Of a stretch of 64,000 nucleotides of DNA, positions 9,107 through 21,033 are shown piece by piece. Every line of letters begins with the position of its first letter. Within the stretch, counting starts at the first letter, position 1. The stretch comes from an uncultured Gammaproteobacteria bacterium (GTDB lineage: Bacteria; Patescibacteriota; Microgenomatia; UBA10105; UBA927): the NCBI GenBank assembly GCA_964629685.1, contig CAZVTT010000001.1:385319-449318 (forward strand), read 5' to 3'. A program made the position numbers and the translations under genes. The notes beneath the pieces are model-generated. The model was not told the DNA's origin. It saw nothing but the letters and a program-made list of their open reading frames with translations, and did not search any database.

Positions 9107-10366
9107 ATGGGTTCAGATAACAAACAGCTCGCTATAGATGCGATTAAAAAAAAATTAGTTGGTAAATCACTGAGTTATCATGAAGTATTTGCCATCATGG
9201 ATGAGATTGCAAATAAACGGTTAGGACCGGTATTAACTACCTATTTTGCGGCAGCGGGTTTTCGTGAGGGATTTTCCGATGAAGAGTTATATTATCTTAC
9301 GAAAGCTATGGTTGAAACCGGACCAAGATTGCATTTTTCAGGAGTGGTAGCCGATAAACACTCTACAGGCGGAATTGCCGGAACCCGTACTACAATGATT
9401 CTGGTTCCTATAGTTGCTGCTGCAGGTTTACAAATTCCTAAAAATTCTTCCCGGGCAATTACTTCACCCTCAGGAACCGCTGACACGATGGAAGTGCTAG
9501 CCCCCGTTACGTTTTCGTTAAAACAGATAGAAAATTTTGTATCAAAAGTAGGCGGCTGTATTGTTTGGGGTGGTCCGTTAGGACTCGCACCTGCGGATGA
9601 TATTATTATAGAGGTTGAGCAACCGTTGGCCTTCGAATCGTTTGATAAAGTAATCGTCTCAATTATGGCTAAAAAAATAGCCTCCGGAGCTACACATGTC
9701 GTTTTTGATATTCCGGTGGGTCCGACGTTAAAAATACAACACTTCAAGGACGCGGAAACGATAGCCAGAAAGTTTTCATACCTTTCTGAACGATTCGGAG
9801 TGAAAGTTGTTCCCGATATTAACGAAATGCGTCAAAATGCCGGGAATGGTATCGGTCCGGTCTTGGAGGCTCGGGATGTGCTTCAAGTATTAGAACAACA
9901 TAAGGATCGTCCTTTGGAGTTAGAAACAAAGGCGCTAAGACTGGCAGGGAAACTGATAGAACTTTGTTACCAGGATATTCCCGGTGTCAAGGGTGTAGCA
10001 GGAGAAGATGTTGCGATAGATATGTTAACATCAGGAAAAGCTCTGGAAAAAATGCATGAAATTATTAAGATACAGGGGGGCGATACCGACAAAACCAGCG
10101 CGGATCTGCATCCGGGAAAACATGTATTTGAAGTAAAAACACACAATGGCGGTCGTATTACTTCAATAAATAATAAACATATCAGTGTCTTATGTCGCAT
10201 TTTGGGTTGTCCTATGGACCAAAGTGCCGGAATGTATCTCAACCGAAAATTGGAAGATGTAGTTGATAAAGGTGATATACTATGTACGCTTTATTCGGGA
10301 GATAAATGGCGTCTTAAGGAAGCAGCGGAAACAGTGAAAAATATGGCGGTTTATATTGTTAAATAG
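9107..10366 (+). CDS. AMP phosphorylase / thymidine phosphorylase family (archaeal-type DeoA)
   Basis: DKHSTGG, PKNSSRAITSPSGTADTMEVLAPV, GCIVWGG, GIGPVLEARDVL. Confidence 0.88.
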   Translation: MGSDNKQLAIDAIKKKLVGKSLSYHEVFAIMDEIANKRLGPVLTTYFAAAGFREGFSDEELYYLTKAMVETGPRLHFSGVVADKHSTGGIAGTRTTMILVPIVAAAGLQIPKNSSRAITSPSGTADTMEVLAPVTFSLKQIENFVSKVGGCIVWGGPLGLAPADDIIIEVEQPLAFESFDKVIVSIMAKKIASGATHVVFDIPVGPTLKIQHFKDAETIARKFSYLSERFGVKVVPDINEMRQNAGNGIGPVLEARDVLQVLEQHKDRPLELETKALRLAGKLIELCYQDIPGVKGVAGEDVAIDMLTSGKALEKMHEIIKIQGGDTDKTSADLHPGKHVFEVKTHNGGRITSINNKHISVLCRILGCPMDQSAGMYLNRKLEDVVDKGDILCTLYSGDKWRLKEAAETVKNMAVYIVK

Positions 10367-10368
10367 AT

Positions 10369-11355
10369 ATGCCGAATAAACCTCGTACAACATGGGGAGT
10401 AAGAGCTGCGATTTTTATTGTCGTACTACTTCTTTTGGGAGTCGGAAGTTGGGTTTGGTGGAATGACAGCATTGCGCCAGTAGATTCGAACAATACCACT
10501 CCGGAGATATTTGCTATCAGCAGTGGTGAGAGCGTGAGATCAGTTTCGGCACGACTTACGAAAGAAAATTTTATCCGTAGTTCCACAGCGTTTTTCATTT
10601 TAGTAAAGATGATGGGAATTGATAATGCATTACAAGCAGGAGATTTTCGTTTAAACAGAAGTATGAACGCACGAATGGTGGCTGAAGAACTAACTCATGG
10701 AATTGTTGATGTTTGGGTCACGACGCTCGAAGGTTGGAGGATTGACGAAGTAGCTACGAAGTTAGCCAAGGAGTTAGACATTCCGGAGGGGGAATTCTTG
10801 AAAGTGGCGCAGGAAGGCTATATGTTTCCTGATACGTACTTAATTCCGAAGAATGCTACTGCTGGAGCAATAGTACAGCTATTTAAGGATAATTTTGATA
10901 CCAAAGTTACTGCGACAATGCGCAATGATGCGCAAGCTTCCGGATTATCGCTCGACCAAGTGGTTACGTTGGCATCCATTGTCGAACGAGAAGGAAGAAC
11001 AGAGGAAGATAGGCCGGTGATTGCCGGAATATTACTTAAACGGTTAGAAGCAGACTGGCCGTTGCAAACAGACGCGACGTTACAGTATATCAGCGGATAT
11101 CAACCGAACGACAAAACTTGGTGGAAAAAAATTGTAACCAACGCGGATAAAGAGTTGGATTCTCCATATAATACGTATAAGCATACGGGTTTGCCCCCGG
11201 GGCCGATAGCTAATCCCGGTATTTCGTCTATAAGAGCAGTAATTTATCCAAAACAGTCGGAAAATTGGTACTATCTTCACGATCCTTCAGGGGGAGTACA
11301 CTACGCTGTGACGTACGAAGATCATCTTGCAAATATTGCAAAATATTTACAGTAA
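10369..11355 (+). CDS. mltG: endolytic transglycosylase MltG
   Basis: TM anchor, EGYMFPDTY, LASIVERE, LQTDAT, SPYNTYKHTGLPPGPIANPG. Confidence 0.95.
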   Translation: MPNKPRTTWGVRAAIFIVVLLLLGVGSWVWWNDSIAPVDSNNTTPEIFAISSGESVRSVSARLTKENFIRSSTAFFILVKMMGIDNALQAGDFRLNRSMNARMVAEELTHGIVDVWVTTLEGWRIDEVATKLAKELDIPEGEFLKVAQEGYMFPDTYLIPKNATAGAIVQLFKDNFDTKVTATMRNDAQASGLSLDQVVTLASIVEREGRTEEDRPVIAGILLKRLEADWPLQTDATLQYISGYQPNDKTWWKKIVTNADKELDSPYNTYKHTGLPPGPIANPGISSIRAVIYPKQSENWYYLHDPSGGVHYAVTYEDHLANIAKYLQ

Positions 11356-11368
11356 AAAGGAGCGCTGT

Positions 11369-11971
11369 ATGAAACAATTTGTCATGGAATTTATCGGTAC
11401 TTTTTTTCTGGTATTGGTAATTGCTTTATCAGGAAATCCTTTAGCCATCGGATTTGTACTAATGGCTCTAGTATATATGGGAGGATATGTTTCAGGTGCA
11501 CACTACAATCCGGCAGTAACACTTGCCATTTGGCTTCAAGGAAAGCTGTCTGCGCGAAAAGCGGTCATATATGGCATATTTCAGCTTTTGGGCGGAACTG
11601 CTGCAGCATTAACGGCAAATACGGTAAACGATATGCGTTTTGCACCTTCACCCGGCGCCGGTATGTTATTCCCTATTGCGTTCATTGTTGAATTGTTGGG
11701 AACTTTTCTGCTTTCCTTAGTTGTCTTGCACGTATCGGTTGCAGAAAAGAATAAAAATAATCAATTTTATGGATTTGCTATCGGTGGAACAGTACTGGCG
11801 TTAGCATTTGCCGGTGGTGCCGTTTCCGGTGGTGTGTATAACCCTGCTGTTGGTGTTGGCCCCATTATGGTAAGTGGTGGCTTATCGATGGCCAATATAT
11901 TGTTGTATATCTTAGGACCATTCAGTGGCGCAGCGTTAGCAGGACTCTTGTTCCGTTGGTTCCAAAAATAG
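11369..11971 (+). CDS. aquaporin (MIP family)
   Basis: Two NPA motifs (SGAHYNPAVT, GGVYNPAV); AAGGAG SD before ATG 11369. Confidence 0.93.
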   Translation: MKQFVMEFIGTFFLVLVIALSGNPLAIGFVLMALVYMGGYVSGAHYNPAVTLAIWLQGKLSARKAVIYGIFQLLGGTAAALTANTVNDMRFAPSPGAGMLFPIAFIVELLGTFLLSLVVLHVSVAEKNKNNQFYGFAIGGTVLALAFAGGAVSGGVYNPAVGVGPIMVSGGLSMANILLYILGPFSGAALAGLLFRWFQK

Positions 11972-11989
11972 TAAGTTGCATGACTATCT

Positions 11990-12820
11990 ATGGCTAAGGA
12001 TAAATACACAGCAGTCTGGGTGTCACACTCTTCTATGAGCGATTATCTCCGTTGTCCCCGTTCGTACTATTTAAAAAATATATACCGGGATCCTAAGAAT
12101 AATCGAAAAATGACGGTAATGCAGCCAGCACTGGCATTAGGGCAAGCAGTTCACGAGGTAATCGAATCCCTATCTAAGTTGCCGGTGGAAGAGCGTTGGC
12201 AGGAAAACCTCGTAGTTAAATATGAACGGACATGGACTAAATTAAGCGGGAAATTAGGGGGGTTTAAGGACGTAACACAGGAAGAAGAATATAAAGAAAA
12301 AGGCCGGGGGATGATTTCCCGGATTGTATCCAATCCTGGTCCACTGGCAAATAAAGCCATTAAGATTCGTCAGGAACTGCCGTATTATTGGCTTTCGGAG
12401 GAAGATAATATAATTCTTTGCGGTAAAATTGATTGGTTGGAGTATCTGGAATCATCAGATAGCGTTCATATTATAGATTTTAAAACCGGAAAATTTGATG
12501 AAGATCCCGATTCGCTCCAGCTTCCGATTTATTATTTACTTGTGACCCATTGTCAATCCAGAACCGTAAGTAAGGTAAGTTATTGGTATTTGGAGAGGGA
12601 TAATTCACCCGTATCGTTGGCTATACCCACCGAAGAGGATGCGTATAAACGCATTATGGAAGTTGCTAAAAAAATTCAGTTAGCCAGAAAGCTTGAACAT
12701 TTTAAATGTCCCCGTTCAGAAGGTTGTATGTTTTGTCGCCCGTTAGAACAAGTTCTCGCAGGCAAAGCCGAACATGTGGGTATAAATGAATACGGAGCCG
12801 ATGTCTTTATATTAGGATAG
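11990..12820 (+). CDS. PD-(D/E)XK nuclease, AddB/RecB/Cas4-like, with probable Fe-S staple
   Basis: SHSS...YLRCP, GQAVH, GKID...IIDFKTG, QLPIY, and C-terminal C-x5-C-x2-C. Confidence 0.85.
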   Translation: MAKDKYTAVWVSHSSMSDYLRCPRSYYLKNIYRDPKNNRKMTVMQPALALGQAVHEVIESLSKLPVEERWQENLVVKYERTWTKLSGKLGGFKDVTQEEEYKEKGRGMISRIVSNPGPLANKAIKIRQELPYYWLSEEDNIILCGKIDWLEYLESSDSVHIIDFKTGKFDEDPDSLQLPIYYLLVTHCQSRTVSKVSYWYLERDNSPVSLAIPTEEDAYKRIMEVAKKIQLARKLEHFKCPRSEGCMFCRPLEQVLAGKAEHVGINEYGADVFILG

Positions 12821-12821
12821 T

Positions 12822-13715
12822 ATGTCCAGGAAGCTGCTCATTGTTGGTATTTTATGTATTAGTTTCGCTGCTTTTTTTGTCGGTATTATTACCACTGGCG
12901 CGTTGGATTCAGCTTTGAATCCGATGATTAATACCATTTTCTTCGGAGAGAACGAACAGTTAAGAACTATAGCAACGGTTGCCAAACTTGATTCGGCAAT
13001 TCCCATAGGCAGACAGGTGCGCGATGACGATGTGGTTGCCTATGAGGCTACCAGGCATATACTTTCGGCACAGGAAAATGAAGTTGTAGCGTCTTGGTTT
13101 AAAGGAAAAAATATCGAGCTTATAGGAGTAAAGAAAGCACCACAGGAAATGTACGATGTTGGACTGGATCAGACGAAGGATGTTGTGGATATAATTACTA
13201 TTCCCGGAGTATGGGAAGTCTATGCTGCATTGCAGAAACTCCCAGCGGGTCAGTTAGAGTTACTTAATGGTAAAGCAATTTATGTTTCCGCGGCTGCGGG
13301 TAGGCCGTATACCGTTATCAAGGGTGATGCTGGAGGGGTGCTTCATCAGGTAAAAGCCGGATTTATCCAAACGCAACCGATATCAAAAGATAGTGTGCTC
13401 CGTGAAATGGCTCATATTATTACGTTCCATGGTATTGAAGGGGTGGGTGATGAAACACATGAACCTCTGGTCAAGCTTATGGATGAATATTCACGGCTTT
13501 TCGATATTGGCGACAAAACATATAAGCCGGGTGAAGTACCCAATGGTTTCATAAGTGCTTACGCCACTCAGAGTAGAGCAGATAATTTTGCGGAACACTT
13601 CCGATACTATGTGCTTAAGGCAGATATATTTAGAGGGAAAGCTTCAGATGATGCTGATCTCGCCAGGAAATATATATTTTTCCGAGATCGGTTGTTTGAT
13701 GGAAAAGAGTATTAG
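12822..13715 (+). CDS. membrane-anchored zincin-like protein with degenerate active site
   Basis: N-terminal TM; REMAH in place of HExxH; FISAYATQSRADNFAEHF resembles the YxxxNxxE(D/F)FAE motif of lethal-factor-like peptidases. Confidence 0.55.
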   Translation: MSRKLLIVGILCISFAAFFVGIITTGALDSALNPMINTIFFGENEQLRTIATVAKLDSAIPIGRQVRDDDVVAYEATRHILSAQENEVVASWFKGKNIELIGVKKAPQEMYDVGLDQTKDVVDIITIPGVWEVYAALQKLPAGQLELLNGKAIYVSAAAGRPYTVIKGDAGGVLHQVKAGFIQTQPISKDSVLREMAHIITFHGIEGVGDETHEPLVKLMDEYSRLFDIGDKTYKPGEVPNGFISAYATQSRADNFAEHFRYYVLKADIFRGKASDDADLARKYIFFRDRLFDGKEY

Positions 13716-13758
13716 ATTGAGTAGGTTTTGTTATAAAGGTTTCCTGTTCAAATCCTGC

Positions 13759-13786
13759 TTGACATATTTTGTAAATGACGTATAAT
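13759..13786 (+). promoter_or_regulatory. sigma70 promoter of rpoBC
   Basis: TTGACA(13759-13764)-16 nt-TATAAT(13781-13786). Confidence 0.75.
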
Positions 13787-13809
13787 TCAGAAAGTTGAAT
13801 ATTTAAGAA

Positions 13810-13840
13810 AGGCGAACGTTCATTGTTCGCTTCTTTTTTT
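13810..13840 (+). terminator. terminator-like hairpin in rpoB leader
   Basis: AGGCGAAC-gttcatt-GTTCGCTT followed by C and T7. Confidence 0.55.
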
Positions 13841-13878
13841 CGTGTATTTATTGGAAACCACGAAAGGACTCATACAAA

Positions 13879-16800
13879 ATGGCTAAAGATGGAGTTATTC
13901 AAACACGACAGTACTGGGGAAAACATTATCCCGATTTACCTCAATTTGATCTTACTTTAGTACAAAGAGAATCATATCAATGGTTTCTAGAACACGGAAT
14001 TAAAGAATTACTGAGCGAAGTATCTCCCATTACCGATTTTACCGGTAAAAATTGGCAATTATCATTTGGTGATTATTTTTTTGGTAAAGCCCGCCTGACA
14101 CCTTCAGTAGCACTAGAAAAGGGCCTGACGTTTGATATCCCCCTGAAAGTTACCGCAACTCTTGTAAATAAACAAAACGGACAGCACGTTACCCAAGAGG
14201 TATTTTTGGGTGATATTCCCGCCATGACTGCCAACGGCACTTTCATTATTAACGGAATAGAACGTTGCGTCGTAAATCAATTGGTTCGATCTCCGGGTAT
14301 TTATTTCACCGGTCAGGTTGATACCGCAACCGGACGAACATTATATGGTGCGGAAATCCGGCCAATGCACGGGAGCTGGTTAGAATTTATAGTTACCCGA
14401 AATGACGTACTTATGGTTCGTATTGACCGTCGCAGAAAATTTGTGGCAACGACGTTCCTGCGTGCCATAGGATATTCCACGAATGAAGAAATAATCCGTT
14501 TATTTGCTGACCTTGATCCTGATCATAAATATCTGGAAGCTACGTTAGCTAAAGATCCGACAACAAGTCAGACGGAAGCAACGTTGGAGCTTTATCGGAA
14601 ATTACGTCCCGGTGAACCGATAGTACTGGAGAACGCGCAGGAATTGTTGCGAACTATGTTCTTTGATGTACGACGGTATAGTCTTGAGCGAGTCGGTCGT
14701 TACAAGATGAATAAAAAATTGAACATTAACGTTCCGAATACCAAAGAAAATTGGGTATTAACCAAAGACGATATCGTTGGAAGTATCCGTTTCCTGATTC
14801 AGGTATGTAAGGGTCAGGGTGATGTGGATGATATTGATCATTTGGGCAATCGACGTGTTCGTCGGGTAGGCGAATTGGTGGCTACAAATGCATTCCGTGT
14901 AGGGTTACTGCGGTTGGAACGCTCAGTACGAGAAAAAATGAGCTTAGCAGGTCCCACCGCCATTGATCTGACTCCGGCGCAGTTAGTAAATGCCCGACCT
15001 ATTATTGCAGCGATAAACGATTTCTTCCGTACCAGCCAATTGTCGACTATCCTTGATCAAACTAATCCTTTGGCGGAAGTAGATAATTTGCGACGGTTAA
15101 CGGTAATGGGAATTGGCGGAATTTCCCGTGAACGTGCTTCATTTTCTATCCGGGATATTAACGCCTCGCAATACGGACGTATCTGTCCTGTAAGAAGCCC
15201 GGAGGGACCAAATATCGGTTTGGTTACGTATCTATCAATGTATTCCAGAATTAACGAATATGGCTTTCTGGAATCCCCCTACAGGAAAGTCGAAAAAATA
15301 GAAAAAGGTGGTACGGTAAAAATGCACGTTACAGATGAAATGGTGTACCTCTCTGCAGACGATGAGCAGACGCATTATGTTACTCATGCCGAGGTTGGCG
15401 TAGACGATCAAGGCTATATAACCCCCGAACGTATTCCTGTTCGGTATAAAGGGGAATTTTTGGAAGCAGACGCAAATGTTGCGGAATATATTGATATAGT
15501 ACCACGTCAAGTCGTAGGCGCTCCGGCTTCTATGATTCCATTTCTGGCTCACGATGAAGCCAACCGGGCACTGATGGGTACGCACATGCAATGTCAGGCA
15601 GTTCCTCTTCTGCGTCCGGAAAGTCCGGTTGTAGGGACAGGTATGGAAGGGCCGATTGCATTTTCTATGGGTAGGGTCATTCGGGCGAAAGAAGACACGG
15701 TTATTACGTATGCAGACGGAAATATGGTTATTATTGAGGATAAAAATAACCAAAAGGAAACGTTCACCGTAGAAAAATTTAAACGATCTGCCCAATCTAC
15801 CAGTTACAATCAAAAAGTTTTAGTTCGAACTGGAGAAAAAGTAAAGAAGGATCAAGTGTTAATTGATGGGCCGGCCTGTGAAGATGGTGAACTGGCTTTG
15901 GGTACGAATTTGGTTATTGCGTATATGAGCTATGACGGTTTGGGATATGAAGACGCAATTGTAATATCTGACCGTTTAGTAAAACAGGATCTGTTAACTT
16001 CAGTAAATATTGAAGAATACGAAGCAAGTGTGGTGGATACCAAGCTTGGACCGGAAGAAACCACGCGAGATATTCCGAATGTAGGGGAAGAAGCTCTGCG
16101 CAATTTGGACAAGGACGGTATTATTGTTGTCGGCGCAGAAGTAAGTCCTAACGATATCCTGGTCGGAAAAATTGCACCTAAGGGTGAAACGGAACTTACT
16201 GCAGAAGAGCGGTTGTTACGGGCAATTTTTGGAGAAAAAGCTCGGGAAGTTCGTGACACCAGTCTCAGAATGCCACATGGTGAAAGAGGTACCGTTATTG
16301 ACGTAAAAATTCTCGACAAAGAGAAGGGTGATGAGCTTGAACCAGGAACCAATCGAAAGATTATTGTGAAGGTCGCCCAAATCCGTAAAGTAGTGGTGGG
16401 AGATAAATTAGCCGGACGTCACGGAAATAAAGGGGTTATTTCCAAAATTGTTCCGCAGGCAGATATGCCATACTCGGAAGACGGAACCGCTGTCGATATT
16501 ATTATTTCGCCATTGTCAGTACTATCCCGTATGAATTTGGGACAATTACTTGAATCTCATTTGGGTTTGGCGGCAATGAAAATGAATACAAAAGTTGCAC
16601 TTCCGGTATTTGAACATGTATCCGAAAAACGGATGGTAGATATGTTGCGGGATGCAAACTTACCGGTAAATGGTAAAAGTACCCTTTACGATGGACGTAC
16701 CGGAGAAGCATTTTCTGAGCCTGTGGTAGTCGGCGTCGGATATATAATGAAGCTGATTCACATGGTTGAAGACAAGACGCATGCCCGTTCGACAGGTCCG

Positions 16801-17250
16801 TACTCACTCGTTACACAACAACCATTGGGTGGTAAAGCACAAATGGGTGGACAAAGGTTGGGAGAAATGGAAGTATGGGCACTTGAATCACATCGGGCTG
16901 CTCATATTCTGCAGGAAATGTTAACGATTAAGTCCGATGACGTAGTCGGTAGGGCAAAGGCATTCGAAGCAATTGTTAAAGGTATAGATATTCCTGAATC
17001 AACGGTACCTGAATCATTCAAGGTATTGGTGAAAGAACTGCAAGCGCTCGGATTAAACGTTGTACCGACAGGAGCCGTGACAAGTTCAGCTTTACCCGTA
17101 GTTCCGACAGCTGACGCAGCGGCGCAGGAGGAAGCGGTGCAAAAAGAAGCAGCAGAAATAGCAAAAGCCAGTGGAGAGGAAATTGTTGCTGATGCAGCAA
17201 CCAGTACAGGCGTTGAGGCAACGACAGGAGAACCACATGCAACCGAATGA
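13879..17250 (+). CDS. rpoB: RNA polymerase beta subunit
   Basis: [47 protein letters not shown]; AAAGGA SD; Ala/Glu-rich C-terminal tail. Confidence 0.99.
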   Translation: MAKDGVIQTRQYWGKHYPDLPQFDLTLVQRESYQWFLEHGIKELLSEVSPITDFTGKNWQLSFGDYFFGKARLTPSVALEKGLTFDIPLKVTATLVNKQNGQHVTQEVFLGDIPAMTANGTFIINGIERCVVNQLVRSPGIYFTGQVDTATGRTLYGAEIRPMHGSWLEFIVTRNDVLMVRIDRRRKFVATTFLRAIGYSTNEEIIRLFADLDPDHKYLEATLAKDPTTSQTEATLELYRKLRPGEPIVLENAQELLRTMFFDVRRYSLERVGRYKMNKKLNINVPNTKENWVLTKDDIVGSIRFLIQVCKGQGDVDDIDHLGNRRVRRVGELVATNAFRVGLLRLERSVREKMSLAGPTAIDLTPAQLVNARPIIAAINDFFRTSQLSTILDQTNPLAEVDNLRRLTVMGIGGISRERASFSIRDINASQYGRICPVRSPEGPNIGLVTYLSMYSRINEYGFLESPYRKVEKIEKGGTVKMHVTDEMVYLSADDEQTHYVTHAEVGVDDQGYITPERIPVRYKGEFLEADANVAEYIDIVPRQVVGAPASMIPFLAHDEANRALMGTHMQCQAVPLLRPESPVVGTGMEGPIAFSMGRVIRAKEDTVITYADGNMVIIEDKNNQKETFTVEKFKRSAQSTSYNQKVLVRTGEKVKKDQVLIDGPACEDGELALGTNLVIAYMSYDGLGYEDAIVISDRLVKQDLLTSVNIEEYEASVVDTKLGPEETTRDIPNVGEEALRNLDKDGIIVVGAEVSPNDILVGKIAPKGETELTAEERLLRAIFGEKAREVRDTSLRMPHGERGTVIDVKILDKEKGDELEPGTNRKIIVKVAQIRKVVVGDKLAGRHGNKGVISKIVPQADMPYSEDGTAVDIIISPLSVLSRMNLGQLLESHLGLAAMKMNTKVALPVFEHVSEKRMVDMLRDANLPVNGKSTLYDGRTGEAFSEPVVVGVGYIMKLIHMVEDKTHARSTGPYSLVTQQPLGGKAQMGGQRLGEMEVWALESHRAAHILQEMLTIKSDDVVGRAKAFEAIVKGIDIPESTVPESFKVLVKELQALGLNVVPTGAVTSSALPVVPTADAAAQEEAVQKEAAEIAKASGEEIVADAATSTGVEATTGEPHATE

Positions 17251-20200
17251 CAGAACCATAACCATGGATAAAAAAGGTAATTTTGCGAACATAGTAGATT
17301 TTTCTGGATTGAAAATTACATTGGCTTCGCCAGATGAAATTAAATCCTGGTCGTATGGTGAAGTAACCAAGCCGGAAACTATTAATTATCGAACGCTCAA
17401 GCCGGAAAAAGATGGTTTATTTGATGAAAGAATATTCGGACCGACAAAAGATTGGGAATGTTACTGTGGTAAATATAAACGGATCCGTTACCGAGGAATT
17501 ATTTGTGATAAATGTGGCGTAGAAGTAACGCAAAGTAAAGTGCGTCGTGAACGGATGGGTCACATTACTCTTGCAGCACCTGTTGCTCATGTGTGGTTCT
17601 TTAAGGGAGCTCCATCTAAACTTTCATTATTGTTGGATATGAGTCCCCGGGCACTCGAAGGTGTAATTTATTTTGCCCAATACTTGGTTACTCATGTAGA
17701 CGAAGATAAAAAGGCAGAGGTATTACAGAAGTTAGCCGAAACCGGAGAAGAGCGAATCGCCGAAGTAGAGAAACGATTTAAAGAAGACAAAAAGCGGAAA
17801 GAAGATCAATTCGGTCAGGAAAAAGATGAGTTAAAAAAACGGGTTAACGGTAAGGAAGCTGCTGACATGGTGTTAAGCGAGCTGACTTTAAAAGAACGGC
17901 AAGAATTGATTCAACTTGAGTCTCAATTGTCGGAAGAACGTGAGAAAATTAAAGAAATTGTTGATTGGTTAACAAATACTGTTAAAAGTATCCGTACACT
18001 AACTACATTAACCGAAGATGAATTTCTGCGCTTATTCGAATATGATGCCGCTGGATGTTTTTCCGTTGGTATGGGTGCGGAAGCTGTTATGGAAGTAATC
18101 AAGGATATAAACCTTGATAAGGTAGCCGCTGAACTAAGAGATGAAATTTCAAAAACAACCGGTCAACGACATATTAAAGCCACAAAGCGATTAAGAGTCG
18201 TTGATGGAATGCGAAAAGCTAAACTCGATTCCATTTGGACTATTCTGAAATATCTTCCGGTTATCCCTCCTGACTTGCGTCCTATGGTACAGCTTACCGG
18301 TGGCCGGTTTGCTACCAGCGATTTAAATGATTTATATCGCCGGGTTATCAACCGAAACAACCGGTTAAAGCATCTTATGGATTTAGGAGCACCGGAAATT
18401 ATTCTCCGGAATGAAAAGCGAATGTTGCAAGAGGCGGTAGATAGTCTTATTGATGCGACACAACGACCATCCTCCCGTACAGTTATAGCTCCATTGCGTT
18501 CATTGTCCGATATGCTGCGCGGTAAACAGGGACGATTCCGGCAGAATTTGCTGGGAAAACGAGTCGATTACTCAGGTCGTTCAGTCATCGTTGTAGGGCC
18601 GGAATTGAACTTGACACAATGTGGATTACCAAAAGAGATGGCGTTGGAAATGTTTAAACCATTCGTACTTAGAGAGCTTATTGTTCGTGGAATTGCTCCG
18701 AACGTAAAGAATGCTAAAAATGTACTCGAACGACGTACGCCGGAAGTATTCGATATTTTGGAAGAAATTACCAAAAATCATCCAGTATTGTTAAATCGAG
18801 CTCCCACATTGCATAAATTGGGTATTCAAGCGTTCTATCCTATCCTAATTGAAGGTGCAGCTATTAAGATTCATCCGTGTGTTTGTGCCGGATACAATGC
18901 TGACTTTGACGGAGATCAGATGGCCGTTCACATACCTTTGTCCAAAGAAAGCCAACACGAAGCTATTCATCTGATGTTGCCGACACATAACTTGTTAAAA
19001 CCGGCAGATGGTTCACCCATCACCGTTCCTAATAAGGAAATGGTTTTAGGCTGTTACTACATCACTTCAGTGGATATTACCCTTGAAGGTAAAACAGACA
19101 ATGAATTAAAGCATTTTGCTGATGAAGCAGACGCAATTTCTGCCTATCAGAATAATGTTGTTAAATTGCGTGAGCCTATCCGAGTCCGTATTTTAGGAGA
19201 ATTATTGACAACGACTGTCGGCAAAGTCATGTTTAATGAAATTTTGCCGGAGCACCTCCGCTATATGAATACACCGGTAAAGGCGGCAACGGTTAAGTCT
19301 ATTATTACCAAAGCGTTAACCTTGTATCCGAAAGAAGATGTGGTAGTGCTAATCGACGCTATTAAGAATATCGGATTTTGGGGAGCAAGTTACTGTGGCG
19401 GTCTTTCAGTTTCGGTGTTTGACAATGAAATGGTAGCCGACAAAGGAACATTAATTGCCGAATCAGAGAAGAAAGTGAAGGAAGTCGATCAAAATTATCA
19501 ACAGGGATTCATTACCCTGGAAGAAAAGAAACGGCTGTCAAATGAAGTCTGGATTGAAATTACAGAACGACTGGCCGATTTAACTTGGCAGCAGATGAAA
19601 GCAAACAATCCTGTAAAAATGATTATCGACTCAGGTGGTGCACGTGCATCAAAAGATCAATTAAAGCAATTATGTGCTATTAAGGGGTTGGTTGTTGATC
19701 CGCTCGGAAAAATTGTGGAATTGCCAACAAAGAGTAATTATCGTGAAGGACTTTCCATATTTGAATACGTAACCAGCACTCGTGGTTCACGTAAAGGTCT
19801 TACCGATTCAGCACTTAAGACGGCTGACGCAGGATATCTGACTCGTCGTTTAGTAGACGTGTCTCATGATGCCATTATCCGTATAGACGATTGTGGTAGC
19901 ACTGAAGGTTGGGATGTAAATCGTTCAGAAGACAGACAGGCATCGTTTGCCAGTCGGTTAATGGGCCGGTTTGCAGCACAAGATGTGATAGCTCCCGACA
20001 CGAACAAAGTGTTGGTCGCAGCTGGTGAAGAAATAACGGAAGAGAACATGAAGTCTATTGATAGTCATGACGTGCAGACGGTTATAATCCGTTCACCTAT
20101 CGCCTGTATGGCTCCGGTCGGACTATGTGCCAAATGCTATGGTCGGGATTTCTCGACCGGACAGATTGTAGAAAGCGGAACTCCGGCAGGAGTTGTAGCA

Positions 20201-20992
20201 GCTCAGTCTATCGGTGAACCCGGTACGCAGCTAACCATGCGTGTCCGTCATGCCGGAGGTATCGTCGGACTAGACGTTACGCAAGGACTTCCGCGGGTAG
20301 AAGAGTTATTTGAAGCTCGTACCCCTCGTGTTCTTTCACCTATTTCGGAAATTGCTGGTAAGTTAGAAGTAACGGAAACTGAACAGGGATACAAAGTTCG
20401 GGTTCGGAATACGGACATCAAGCCGGTGGAAGAAAAAGAATATACGATTCCGTTAACATCAGAGCTCCGGGTTAAAGACGGAGATTTGGTTGCGGCAGGT
20501 GATCAACTTGCCAGCGGAAATCTGGATTTGAAAGAAGTATTACAAATCCGTGGACTTCGTGGAGCCCAAAAATATTTGGTAACCGAAATTCAGCGCGTAT
20601 ATGAATCACAAGGAATTACCATCAATGACAAGCATTTTGAAGTTATTATCCGAAAAATGAGTGAAAAAGTTCGGGTTGATACTTCCGGTGACACCATTCT
20701 TTTGCCAGGTGAACTCGTAGATAAGGTAAGATTCCAGCAAGAGAACGGAAGAGTGTTAGCTGAAGGTGGAGAACCGGCGACAGCACAGGTGATAATTCTG
20801 GGTATTACCAGAGCGTCATTATTTACCGAGTCATGGCTGTCCGCGGCATCATTCCAGGAAACCACGAATGTGTTAACCGACGCAGCATTGGCCGGTAAAG
20901 AAGACAAGTTGCTAGGATTGAAAGAAAACGTTATAATCGGACGACTGATTCCGGTATCTCCGGATCGGGCCCGCATTGTACCGACAGTATAA
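17237..20992 (+). CDS. rpoC: RNA polymerase beta' subunit
   Basis: [13 protein letters not shown], Zn-finger cysteines, NADFDGD. ATG 17237 follows AGGAG and overlaps the rpoB end (alternative start 17264). Confidence 0.99.
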   Translation: MQPNDRTITMDKKGNFANIVDFSGLKITLASPDEIKSWSYGEVTKPETINYRTLKPEKDGLFDERIFGPTKDWECYCGKYKRIRYRGIICDKCGVEVTQSKVRRERMGHITLAAPVAHVWFFKGAPSKLSLLLDMSPRALEGVIYFAQYLVTHVDEDKKAEVLQKLAETGEERIAEVEKRFKEDKKRKEDQFGQEKDELKKRVNGKEAADMVLSELTLKERQELIQLESQLSEEREKIKEIVDWLTNTVKSIRTLTTLTEDEFLRLFEYDAAGCFSVGMGAEAVMEVIKDINLDKVAAELRDEISKTTGQRHIKATKRLRVVDGMRKAKLDSIWTILKYLPVIPPDLRPMVQLTGGRFATSDLNDLYRRVINRNNRLKHLMDLGAPEIILRNEKRMLQEAVDSLIDATQRPSSRTVIAPLRSLSDMLRGKQGRFRQNLLGKRVDYSGRSVIVVGPELNLTQCGLPKEMALEMFKPFVLRELIVRGIAPNVKNAKNVLERRTPEVFDILEEITKNHPVLLNRAPTLHKLGIQAFYPILIEGAAIKIHPCVCAGYNADFDGDQMAVHIPLSKESQHEAIHLMLPTHNLLKPADGSPITVPNKEMVLGCYYITSVDITLEGKTDNELKHFADEADAISAYQNNVVKLREPIRVRILGELLTTTVGKVMFNEILPEHLRYMNTPVKAATVKSIITKALTLYPKEDVVVLIDAIKNIGFWGASYCGGLSVSVFDNEMVADKGTLIAESEKKVKEVDQNYQQGFITLEEKKRLSNEVWIEITERLADLTWQQMKANNPVKMIIDSGGARASKDQLKQLCAIKGLVVDPLGKIVELPTKSNYREGLSIFEYVTSTRGSRKGLTDSALKTADAGYLTRRLVDVSHDAIIRIDDCGSTEGWDVNRSEDRQASFASRLMGRFAAQDVIAPDTNKVLVAAGEEITEENMKSIDSHDVQTVIIRSPIACMAPVGLCAKCYGRDFSTGQIVESGTPAGVVAAQSIGEPGTQLTMRVRHAGGIVGLDVTQGLPRVEELFEARTPRVLSPISEIAGKLEVTETEQGYKVRVRNTDIKPVEEKEYTIPLTSELRVKDGDLVAAGDQLASGNLDLKEVLQIRGLRGAQKYLVTEIQRVYESQGITINDKHFEVIIRKMSEKVRVDTSGDTILLPGELVDKVRFQQENGRVLAEGGEPATAQVIILGITRASLFTESWLSAASFQETTNVLTDAALAGKEDKLLGLKENVIIGRLIPVSPDRARIVPTV

Positions 20993-21033
20993 ATTAAGGA
21001 GAATGCTACGACTGTTGCAGTAGCAAAATAATA

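Noticed and set aside
11990-12820. Cas4/CRISPR system
   Set aside because: No repeat-spacer array or other cas genes anywhere in the window.
17171-17250. Long rpoB/rpoC overlap, fusion or programmed frameshift
   Set aside because: An SD-preceded ATG at 17237 explains it as an ordinary 14-nt overlap; the GTG at 17171 is an ORF-caller extension.
13879-20992. Inteins or introns in rpoB/rpoC (also considered for recA)
   Set aside because: Lengths are normal or short, frames are uninterrupted, and no splice-junction or homing-endonuclease motifs were seen.
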